Shown here: one piece after another, positions 31,111 through 39,726 of the stretch
How positions within the stretch are numbered: position 1 is the stretch's first letter
Layout of the letters: each line of letters begins with the position of its first letter
Source: Bdellovibrionota bacterium
Lineage (GTDB): Bacteria > Bdellovibrionota_C > UBA2361 > JBIKUX01
Length of the DNA stretch: 64,000 bases
Assembly (NCBI GenBank): GCA_044347345.1
Contig: JBIKUX010000012.1
Coordinates: forward strand, 1-64,000
Direction: 5' to 3'
Program-made: the position numbers and the translations under genes
Notes under the pieces: generated by a model
Told to the model about the DNA's origin: nothing
Database searches by the model: none
The model's input: the letters and a program-made list of their open reading frames with translations, nothing else

Positions 31111-31985
31111 GGTCCATTTTTTATACTCGGGATTTAAACCGACTCGATATTTTAATGCCTCAACCTGAGCGACTCTCGGGAAATAATGATGAATACAATT
31201 ACCATAATAGTTACGCTTGTAACCATACTTATCAAATTTTCAGTATTAATTGGCTAAAGCGATTATGCTTGTACGCTCATTTTTCATATTCATTAGCTTT
31301 ATCAGTTATAATCAGCAATATTTTTTTCGGGATAATGGCTTTAGTAATTATACCGTCAATTACACACATTATAGTAATAATAATGGTGATAGTGCTCTTA
31401 ATCAGTTATTACTATTTAAAGCAACGCTCAAAAAATCTAACTCTTAAATTTGAGCGAGACTACCCAACTTTTCTTCTATCGCTTGCGTCTGCGGTAAAAA
31501 CTGGACTCGATCCTCTATCAGCTATTTCTCACACAACCGAATTATTACCTAATGATGGTATTTTAACTGAAGAATTAAAAAACTTCTTAGCTCGAATAAA
31601 CAGTTCTTTATCAGAAGAAGAAGCTATTTTTTTCTTTGGTCAAAACATTAACTTTCCTGACTTATCTTTATTTAGAATAGCTTTATTACTTGCCCGCGGA
31701 GAAGGTGCAAGTATTACTGCAGCTCTAGAACGTCTCAATCGAATTACCCGTACAAGACAATCTTTTCGTCGCAAAATACGAAGCTCTCTAGCTATGCAAC
31801 GAATGTCTAGTGTAGGAATCACATTTTGCTCAATTGGAATTCTTTTCTTTCAGTTTACTACAAATCGGGAAGCTTTTTTGAATTCTCTAGAACATCCAGT
31901 AGGAAAGATCGCTTTTTTAATTGGCGGATTGCTCCTTATTATTGGTCTGATAAGCATGAATATGATTGGAAGGAATCTAGAATGA
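31107..31985 (+). CDS. TadB-like platform protein (T2SS-F family)
   Basis: FERDYPTFLLSLASAVKTG, GASITAALERL, C-terminal TMs; follows cpaF. Confidence 0.82.
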   Translation: MRSIFYTRDLNRLDILMPQPERLSGNNDEYNYHNSYACNHTYQIFSINWLKRLCLYAHFSYSLALSVIISNIFFGIMALVIIPSITHIIVIIMVIVLLISYYYLKQRSKNLTLKFERDYPTFLLSLASAVKTGLDPLSAISHTTELLPNDGILTEELKNFLARINSSLSEEEAIFFFGQNINFPDLSLFRIALLLARGEGASITAALERLNRITRTRQSFRRKIRSSLAMQRMSSVGITFCSIGILFFQFTTNREAFLNSLEHPVGKIAFLIGGLLLIIGLISMNMIGRNLE

Positions 31986-32836
31986 ATTTAATTGTATTAC
32001 TACTTATTTTAATAGGATTAGCAATCGGCCTTACTGGTTATTATCGTAAAATAAACAAAGATCTCACTATAATTGAGACTCTTGAGGAACACATACAGCA
32101 CATCTCTCAACAGAATAAAAGCACGTTTCTGAATCAGAATTCCATCATTCAAATCAAAGAAAAACAGAAATTATTTGCTAGATTAGCAGGATTTTTAATA
32201 ATTATATTTTGCTTTATACTAATATTTAAACTTTCTATTACATCTGCCTTCGTATCAGCAATTTTACTAATCAGTCTCATAATCCTTATAAATAGTAACT
32301 TTCAGAGAAGAGCAGAAAAACAAAAAATGCAAGCTACTAATGCCATTCTTCCAGCTATTGTTGAGCGTATTGTAATGGCTGTTCATGCAGGGCTTGATAT
32401 AATTCCAGCGATTGAACGAGTTGTTCAACTTGAACGCAAAGAATGTAATATACTTGGTCGAAAACCAGATCCTGTGTCATTTATTCTTGAAAATGTTCTA
32501 AACAGATACTACTCAGGAGCTCGTCTTGAAGAAGCCTTAGAGGAACATGCTCGAAAAAGTGCCTCTATAGCAATTAGGCATGCATTCATTCATCTTGCTA
32601 TCGCTCACCGAGAAGGAGGAGAAATAATTATCCCTCTAAGAGAATTAAGCGATGCAACTCAACTGATGTATCAAGAGGAAATAGAAGAAGCCATTAACAC
32701 TCTGCCGGTTCGAGCTACCATACCCCTTGTTTTAACCTTCGCAGGTCTAATACTTTGCTTTCTAGCTACACCTGTTATTCAGGTACTTAATATAAGCCAA
32801 CGACAAAGTCAGGAGTTATCGCATGAGTCTCATTAA
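31982..32836 (+). CDS. TadC-like platform protein (T2SS-F family)
   Basis: LPAIVERIVMAVHAGLD, GGEIIIPLREL, PVRATIPLV; ATG overlaps the tadB stop (ATGA). Confidence 0.82.
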   Translation: MNLIVLLLILIGLAIGLTGYYRKINKDLTIIETLEEHIQHISQQNKSTFLNQNSIIQIKEKQKLFARLAGFLIIIFCFILIFKLSITSAFVSAILLISLIILINSNFQRRAEKQKMQATNAILPAIVERIVMAVHAGLDIIPAIERVVQLERKECNILGRKPDPVSFILENVLNRYYSGARLEEALEEHARKSASIAIRHAFIHLAIAHREGGEIIIPLRELSDATQLMYQEEIEEAINTLPVRATIPLVLTFAGLILCFLATPVIQVLNISQRQSQELSHESH

Positions 32837-34118
32837 AAGACTTTTTCAAAGAAAACTTCCCTCAAGCTTCGGAGTATTACAAGTCCTTATTACTCCCGCT
32901 CGGCTTAATAAGATAGATTCTCTCTGTGATGATCGTCGAAATATATTTTCATTGGCATCTCAGTCTCTTGATATGGATGAAAAATACCTAATGGAGATTA
33001 TTGCAAAACGTATTGGCTATCCATTTATTGCAGATATAACTGATGATAATTTTCCTTCTGACTTAAGCCTGTTAACCAAAAATGGTAATTTGCTTGAAAC
33101 ATTTCTTTCTAAAGGAGCTATACCAAAAATTAGTTACCCAACTGACTCAACCATTACGCCTTTAGTAGAATTAGAAGTAGTAGGCGCTTTTTGTATTGAC
33201 CCCGCATCTATTGAAAATCTTCTCAATAAAAAAACCAAAAAAAATATTCATATAACTACATGGCAATCAATAGTAAATTATTTATCATCAACGAACTATT
33301 TAAATGAAGAAAAAGATACGAATAGTATATCTTCTGAATCCACCACCTCAAATGTTGCTCATCATATTCTTTATCTCATGGGTCTTGAGGTTCTAAAATT
33401 TGGAGCGTCAGCCTGCTTTCTTACGTTTAAGCCACGAAATAATTCTTACGATGACCAAAATATACGACTTGAGCCTGAGTACTCTTTTATAACTAAAGAA
33501 GGCGAAAAAGCCCTAGGAACTATTCAAATTGAGTCGGCTGTAATACTGGAGCAATATTTATCTTCAAAACACTTTCCACTACATATTACTTTTGAAAAAA
33601 CAGCTGAAATTGAGAGCTACAGTGAATGCGAAATTTTACAATTAAATCCGTGCGCATTCGAAATATTTTTCAAACATCCAACACATTCTGCCTTTATTTC
33701 TCTCAATAACAATGTCGACAATACCTATCCTTTTGCTAATCTAACAAAGCGCCGCATTCTCATTATCGAAGATGATTTAAGCTTTGCTGATTTAATAAGT
33801 AAATATTTGGGTTCAAATAACTACGAAATATCAATATTAACATCAAGCTCACACATAATCTCCTATCTCGAGGAATTACCCCAGCTTCCCCAAGTCATTG
33901 TCTGCGATGTTCACATGCCTAATCTTCGTGGAGATCAAGTTATCATTCTCCTTGCTCAGCATTCCCTCTTAAGACATATTCCGGTAATTGCGCTTACCTC
34001 TGATGAAAGTGTAGAAACCGAAGTTGAACTAACACGAATCGGCGCAACCGCTGTTATTCAAAAATCGAAAGATCCTAGAATACTCTGTGCACATATTGAT
34101 AGGCTTTTTGTCTCTTAG
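32823..34118 (+). CDS. Response regulator: PilB/GspE N-terminal-like region + C-terminal receiver domain
   Basis: Receiver ILIIEDD...CDVHMP...ALTS...QK. The N-terminal DEKYLMEIIAKRIGYPFI and EVLKFGASACFLTFKP segments resemble PilB N1/N2 domains (weak, by eye). Confidence 0.75.
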   Translation: MSLIKRLFQRKLPSSFGVLQVLITPARLNKIDSLCDDRRNIFSLASQSLDMDEKYLMEIIAKRIGYPFIADITDDNFPSDLSLLTKNGNLLETFLSKGAIPKISYPTDSTITPLVELEVVGAFCIDPASIENLLNKKTKKNIHITTWQSIVNYLSSTNYLNEEKDTNSISSESTTSNVAHHILYLMGLEVLKFGASACFLTFKPRNNSYDDQNIRLEPEYSFITKEGEKALGTIQIESAVILEQYLSSKHFPLHITFEKTAEIESYSECEILQLNPCAFEIFFKHPTHSAFISLNNNVDNTYPFANLTKRRILIIEDDLSFADLISKYLGSNNYEISILTSSSHIISYLEELPQLPQVIVCDVHMPNLRGDQVIILLAQHSLLRHIPVIALTSDESVETEVELTRIGATAVIQKSKDPRILCAHIDRLFVS

Positions 34119-34212
34119 ACTGTCAAATATGGCCCCATTTTCAAACTTCTAAGTAAGCTTAACCAACACGAAATTCATGAAGCTCATATTAACAAACTAA
34201 AATTTAAGAGCT

Positions 34213-35991
34213 ATGACAATAATTTTTTCTTTAATAATTTTAATTACTTTATTGATACTTTGCATAAGCTTGTTGTTGTATGACCGCCGTGTACAAACAA
34301 AAGCATTTGAGCATCTGCACGCAAATGTAATAGGAGAAAATTTACAACCAATACCTAGCCCTTTTTTTCGATCATCAAAAACTCTTATTGCTCGAATTGG
34401 TCGACTAAGAGATCAGATATATCACATCACTGAGCAAAGCAAGAATCCAAACCAGTCAATAATTCCATCTCCTTTCAATTCTCTTAGTTCAAAATCATTG
34501 GATGAAATTAATATCCAGCTTCTAAAAAGAGCAAAGGAACGTTTCTTATGTCGTACTGCTATTTTATTTACGACTCATCCAATTACAGATGAGTTTAATC
34601 ACTTTTTAGTGGGAGCTTCGATTGGGCCTGTAGTAGATTTTCTTTATAACCAATTTAAAACTAAATCTTTAGCTACCGGTCATTTTACCTCCTCTCCCGG
34701 AGATATCTTGGATACTTTTGGATATGGAGATACTCTTTGTTACAACTTTCATTTTGAACAATCGGAAAAAAACATAGAATGCCTTTTATGGCTTGGATAT
34801 CCGCGACATACTTCCCCTTCGATTCTTGAAAAGCAGTGGGCTCAAGATGTAGCTAATGCTCTTTCAATACACTTATCACTTTTTTCAAATATAAAATCAT
34901 CTAAGAGTAACAATTCTCTCTCTGGTTCAGCTAACAAAGAAAAACAAGATATAAGTGATGAATTTGTAGCACACATATCACATGATCTTCGCGCTCCACT
35001 TAATAATATAAAAGCTGTTTTACATCTTTTAGATCTTCAGATTAACGATAATGACACTCGAGATCTTATCAATCTAGCACTTTCTAACTGTGGTCAATTA
35101 CGAGATCTGATTAGTAATGTTCTCGATTTATATAAACATGAAAAACAAAGTCTTCTTCCATCAGTTATTGAGATAGACTTAAATAAGGTTGTTACAGAGA
35201 TATCGCAAAGTTTTAAGCCATCTTTTTTAGCAAAAAATATTAAATATGAGCTTCAAATAGCTCCCGAATCATTGTTTATTCTAGGCGATGAAAATCATTT
35301 AATAAGAATACTCACGAATATTATCTCTAACTCTCTAAAGTACACTCCATCAAATGGAACAGTAAAAATAAATCTTTCTCAATCATCATTAGATAAAGCC
35401 ACAGTTATTGTTTCAGACTCTGGGTGTGGTATAGCGCAAAAAGATCTTGAAAAAATCTTTTTGCCATTTTTTCGTTCTCCTCAAGCTCAAATGGAAGATG
35501 GTCTTGGTTTAGGTCTTACATTAACCAAAGCCCTCGTAGAGCAAAATAATGGGACTATGAAGGTTTCGTCAAAGCTTGGGGAAGGAACTGAGGTATATCT
35601 TACTTTTTCACTTCTAAATACTGAACTATGCCGTGATCAATCATCTATAATCATAATTGATGATGATGCGGATGCAGCTAGCTCACTGAAGAGGATTCTT
35701 GAGATTAGTAATTTATCTGCTGAATGCTGTAACTCAGTCCAAGAACTGAAGGAAATTATCACATTTTTACGGCCAAAAATTATCATTTCTGACTATTCGC
35801 TTGGAGACGGTACGATACACGATATAATCAACCTAATAGATTTTAATATGATTAATACAAAAATAATTCTTCTTACAGGGGGAGAAGATAAAAGAATTTT
35901 GCATAAAGGCATACCTATTATATACTTTCAGAAGCCTCTCGATCCTCAAGCAATTATAAAAGTTATTAACGAATCTTTAATGCAAGGATGA
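34213..35991 (+). CDS. Membrane-anchored hybrid sensor histidine kinase / receiver
   Basis: N-terminal TM, SHDLRAPL H-box, NSLKYT, DSGCGI, GLGLGL, C-terminal IDDD...SDY...LTG...KP. Confidence 0.92.
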   Translation: MTIIFSLIILITLLILCISLLLYDRRVQTKAFEHLHANVIGENLQPIPSPFFRSSKTLIARIGRLRDQIYHITEQSKNPNQSIIPSPFNSLSSKSLDEINIQLLKRAKERFLCRTAILFTTHPITDEFNHFLVGASIGPVVDFLYNQFKTKSLATGHFTSSPGDILDTFGYGDTLCYNFHFEQSEKNIECLLWLGYPRHTSPSILEKQWAQDVANALSIHLSLFSNIKSSKSNNSLSGSANKEKQDISDEFVAHISHDLRAPLNNIKAVLHLLDLQINDNDTRDLINLALSNCGQLRDLISNVLDLYKHEKQSLLPSVIEIDLNKVVTEISQSFKPSFLAKNIKYELQIAPESLFILGDENHLIRILTNIISNSLKYTPSNGTVKINLSQSSLDKATVIVSDSGCGIAQKDLEKIFLPFFRSPQAQMEDGLGLGLTLTKALVEQNNGTMKVSSKLGEGTEVYLTFSLLNTELCRDQSSIIIIDDDADAASSLKRILEISNLSAECCNSVQELKEIITFLRPKIIISDYSLGDGTIHDIINLIDFNMINTKIILLTGGEDKRILHKGIPIIYFQKPLDPQAIIKVINESLMQG

Positions 35992-37607
35992 AATCTTCGA
36001 TTCTTGGCGCCGTTAAGCCTCATGGCATAGCTACTCATTCGCCTTCATCACAGTCTTTAACTTTGTTGCGACAGCGAGGATATTCAGACATCTTGCAGGA
36101 AAAGTATAAAGAACCTCTTGAAGTAGTTCACCGACTCGATAAGGAGGTATCAGGTGTAATTATTTTTTCCAAATCATCTCAAACAACTCGATTCCTTTGC
36201 TTAGCTTTTGCAGAGCAAAAAGTATCAAAAGAGTATCTTTTTATTACAGAGCACCGAGTACCGGTTTCTTCTTTTGTAGTAAATATGCCACTAAAGCAAG
36301 TTAGAAATAACGGAATTAAAAAAAGTATCGTTTCCTCTGATGGAGCCCATTCAGAAACTTATTTTTCAGTTATTAGCTCTGATGGATCTTTTTCACTTTT
36401 ACGAGCTATGCCCAAAAGTGGAAGAATGCACCAAATCAGAGCCCATGCGGCAGCACAAGGAATTCCAATACTAGGAGACACTCTGTACGGAGGGCGCGCA
36501 ATGCCACGCCTCATGCTTCACTCAGAACGGTTATCACTAACCCTAGAAGACGGTGAAAAATATCAATATACAGCACAGCCTCCTCGTTTTTTCACCGAAC
36601 TTAAACTTCTTAATGATCACTTTATGGTCTCGCTTCTTAGTGGATTGTACAAACGTCTAGTAATTGCTCAACCAATAACTTTTAATACAACGCTTAGAGT
36701 AATTCATTTTGACGACATACCGTGGATGACAGCTGATAAACTTGGTCCCGTACTGTGGGTCAATTGGTATCGCCCCACCCCTCCAACATCAAAAGAAGAG
36801 GAACAGCTTTCGTCAATTTTACCTGATATTCAATGCTCAGGGATATTCGTTAATTTTATGGAAAATAAAGGTATGCATGGAGTACAACAATTTCCCTCCA
36901 AAATAATCGGAAATGTACCTGAAGTATGGAATGCCGTCGAAAATAATATTGACATAACACTTTCGCGTATTAGAGGACATTCTCCAGGCATATTTGTAGA
37001 CCAACGAGGTAATCGTTCTACGGTTCGGTCTATCGCAAAAGGACGAACGGTTCTAAATCTGTTTTCATATAGTGGCTTGTTTTCTATCAGTGCAGGTCTT
37101 GGTGAAGCAAAAGAGGTTATTTCTGTCGATACAAGTAAAACGGCTTTAGCCTGGTGTAACGAAAATTGGACTAAAAATAATTTACATAATGTACCGCATT
37201 CAACTATTTTAATGGACGCTCGTTCCTTCCTTGAACGTGCCTATCGACGAGGTAATAGCTTTGATTTGATTATCTGTGATCCTCCCTCTTTTTCCCGAGG
37301 AAAGGGAACACCATTTTCCATTAAGAGAGATTATCAATTACTTCTTAAGCTTCTATTCCAAGTAACAAAACCAAAAGGAATAATTTTATTTGTCACTAAT
37401 TACGCTGAATGGGAACATATACAATTTTGTAGTATCATGACGGATATTGCGAAAAAATACGGTGCGCTTAAATGTTCTTTCCCACTAGCTGAGCCAGATA
37501 TAAGCTTAACTGGAGTAACTAACTTTTCAAAAAGCGTCTTGTTTGAGAAAGATGAACTAAAACCTCAACGTAAGTCGTCTGCGGAAACATATCAAAAGGT
37601 ACGATAG
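35988..37607 (+). CDS. RluA-family pseudouridine synthase fused to an RlmI/RlmK-like SAM methyltransferase
   Basis: KPHG, VHRLDKEVSG, GRMHQIRAH, PILGDTLYG; then GIFVDQRGNR, VLNLFSYSG, DPPSF. Confidence 0.88.
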   Translation: MKSSILGAVKPHGIATHSPSSQSLTLLRQRGYSDILQEKYKEPLEVVHRLDKEVSGVIIFSKSSQTTRFLCLAFAEQKVSKEYLFITEHRVPVSSFVVNMPLKQVRNNGIKKSIVSSDGAHSETYFSVISSDGSFSLLRAMPKSGRMHQIRAHAAAQGIPILGDTLYGGRAMPRLMLHSERLSLTLEDGEKYQYTAQPPRFFTELKLLNDHFMVSLLSGLYKRLVIAQPITFNTTLRVIHFDDIPWMTADKLGPVLWVNWYRPTPPTSKEEEQLSSILPDIQCSGIFVNFMENKGMHGVQQFPSKIIGNVPEVWNAVENNIDITLSRIRGHSPGIFVDQRGNRSTVRSIAKGRTVLNLFSYSGLFSISAGLGEAKEVISVDTSKTALAWCNENWTKNNLHNVPHSTILMDARSFLERAYRRGNSFDLIICDPPSFSRGKGTPFSIKRDYQLLLKLLFQVTKPKGIILFVTNYAEWEHIQFCSIMTDIAKKYGALKCSFPLAEPDISLTGVTNFSKSVLFEKDELKPQRKSSAETYQKVR

Positions 37608-38850
37608 CCTGCACTTGCCATCCTTCTTTTTCCAGATTTTGAAGATCTCGGACAAGACTGGGTAAATAACAAGAGATCAAAAAAAGGTGCGTGCCATAAT
37701 TCATCTTTGCAGCCAAAGAACCAAGTCCAGACCGAGGAGGGTCGGCAATTATAAGATCAACAGCTGAGGGTGGATACTTTAAAAAACTTTGAACTGACGA
37801 TTGCTTAATCTCAAGATAATTTTCCAGTCCTTGAGAATTAGCAGCTTGCTGTAAAGCATCTACTAAGTCCAAATGGCACTCAACAGCCACGGTATGTATC
37901 ATCTTAGCCGCAAGTGCTAATGAAAAATTACCAGAGCCTGCGAAAAGATCATGAGCTGTTTTAATAGAGAGCAATTCAATCCAATCAGAAATACGTTTTA
38001 ATAATCTACAATTTATTTCCCAATTAACTTGAGAAAAAGCTCCAGGAGAAAGCCAAACACTTGGATATTCGTGCTCAGAAGATAAAGGAAGAATAAAAAA
38101 TTTATTCTTCCCACTGTAAGAATGAGCGATTATCGAACCACGATGCTTGACGACAATGCGATCCCAATCACGTGTTAAAACTGATACGATTTCATCAGCT
38201 TGATTAACATAATCTTTTTCGTTTAACTCAACACAAACTCCAAAAATACCGTTAGCCTCCTCAATTTCAACCGCAACTGATATTCCTGGAATAACTGAAC
38301 CGATATTTTTAAGTGAATTTATACGCTTACTGAGTCCAATGGTTAAAACAGGGCACTCCTCAAGCGGAATCACTGAATGAGTCTTTGACCTATAAAATCC
38401 GGGCTCTCCCTGTGAACTAATATGTAAAGTAGAACGACGACGCCAGTTATAAGGCTCTGAGCGTTCCAGAGGAGATAACAACTCAATGTATCTACTATTT
38501 AATGAAGCAGCTCTAAAAGCCGCTTCAATCATATCTTCTTTTGCTTCACAGGCAGAATTATAAGAAAGATGCTGTAATGAACATCCACCACACGACCCAT
38601 AATAACGACACTCTGGAGTTGTACGTCCACCGCTTGGCTCTAAAAGCGATACAATTTCGCCCTCAACATAGCGGCCTTTTTCTGCTGTAATTCTGAAGCT
38701 AACTAAGTCTCCCGGTGCACTAAACGGTATAAATACAACCTTGCCATTTCGTTCACAGTTACTTGAAATGATACCTACCCCATTACCACCGAATCCTATG
38801 CTTCTAATACGCGCGTTTAGTAATAACTCAGCCATGAAAGTTTTTTTCAT
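37519..38850 (-). CDS. rlmD: 23S rRNA m5U methyltransferase (RlmD/TrmA family) with TRAM domain
   Basis: TRAM N-terminus, CRYYGSCGGC Fe-S motif, FSQVN, DLFAGSGNF, DPPRSG, ISC, FDMFPQT; alternative start 38835. Confidence 0.88.
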   Translation of the reverse strand: MKKTFMAELLLNARIRSIGFGGNGVGIISSNCERNGKVVFIPFSAPGDLVSFRITAEKGRYVEGEIVSLLEPSGGRTTPECRYYGSCGGCSLQHLSYNSACEAKEDMIEAAFRAASLNSRYIELLSPLERSEPYNWRRRSTLHISSQGEPGFYRSKTHSVIPLEECPVLTIGLSKRINSLKNIGSVIPGISVAVEIEEANGIFGVCVELNEKDYVNQADEIVSVLTRDWDRIVVKHRGSIIAHSYSGKNKFFILPLSSEHEYPSVWLSPGAFSQVNWEINCRLLKRISDWIELLSIKTAHDLFAGSGNFSLALAAKMIHTVAVECHLDLVDALQQAANSQGLENYLEIKQSSVQSFLKYPPSAVDLIIADPPRSGLGSLAAKMNYGTHLFLISCYLPSLVRDLQNLEKEGWQVQAIVPFDMFPQTTYVEVLVHLSQTRRFLKS

Positions 38851-38933
38851 TAAAATTTATATCGCTTGCTATAGTAAGGTGTCGACACTTACGAAGAGAT
38901 TCCCTAAAGGTCTAATGGAGGAAAGGTAGTATA

Positions 38934-39710
38934 ATGAAATCCCGATTAAAAGTTTTTCAGTTATTCCTTTTATTCTTAATTGCACAAACAATCTTCGTTA
39001 TATCAACTACTTCTGCCCAACTTTATGATTGTGGAGGAATAATAAAAAATACCCAATGTCAGGGTGGCAAGCTCCTTATGGAGGAATCCCCTTATACGGC
39101 TCCACCCCCAGAAGCGAAAGAAAAACATGAAAAAGAATTATTAATACAAAGATTAGAATCACTGACTCATCGTGCCAAACAACGATGGCAGGTTGATTAC
39201 CTAATAGAACCAATTACCGTGCAGTGCCAAAACGTAACCGTAAGCGAATGTGCTCAATTAGTTGATCAGGCTCAGCGCGACATTAATTCTATCATTTCGT
39301 CTAAGGAGAACTCCGCTAGTAAAAACATGGCTAATGCCAAATCGCCTGCGCCCCCCCCATCGGTAACAATCAGCCCAAACGCAAATAATCAAGATACCCA
39401 AAGTACATCTATAGTCACTATTCTACCCCCTCCAATTATAATTAACGGCCCAAATGAAAAAAATTATTCAAATAAAACACGATATGGTCATCAAGATAAT
39501 CAAATTTTAGTACAACCGCGCAACGGAGACCTTGGCTCAAACTCAAACGGAGCGGTATACTATCCCCCAGAGCAAGAGCACGTTAGCCCAACGGTAGAAA
39601 CAAACTCACCTACACCTCATGAGTCTCAAAGACAAAAGACAAGCGGTGCAGTAGTATTGCAACCTTATGACAGCGGAGCTCACAAAAGTAAGAGAGATAG
39701 GAATTTCTAG
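38934..39710 (+). CDS. Secreted hypothetical protein with Cys pairs and a Pro/Ser-rich tail
   Basis: Signal peptide ...TTSA|Q; YDCGG...QCQGG and QC...EC pairs. Confidence 0.65.
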   Translation: MKSRLKVFQLFLLFLIAQTIFVISTTSAQLYDCGGIIKNTQCQGGKLLMEESPYTAPPPEAKEKHEKELLIQRLESLTHRAKQRWQVDYLIEPITVQCQNVTVSECAQLVDQAQRDINSIISSKENSASKNMANAKSPAPPPSVTISPNANNQDTQSTSIVTILPPPIIINGPNEKNYSNKTRYGHQDNQILVQPRNGDLGSNSNGAVYYPPEQEHVSPTVETNSPTPHESQRQKTSGAVVLQPYDSGAHKSKRDRNF

Positions 39711-39726
39711 CCCGCGATAATACTTC

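Noticed and set aside
31826-31981. N-terminal extension of TadC in the ORF track
   Set aside because: It overlaps tadB by 160 nt; the ATG at 31982 coupled to the tadB stop is more plausible.
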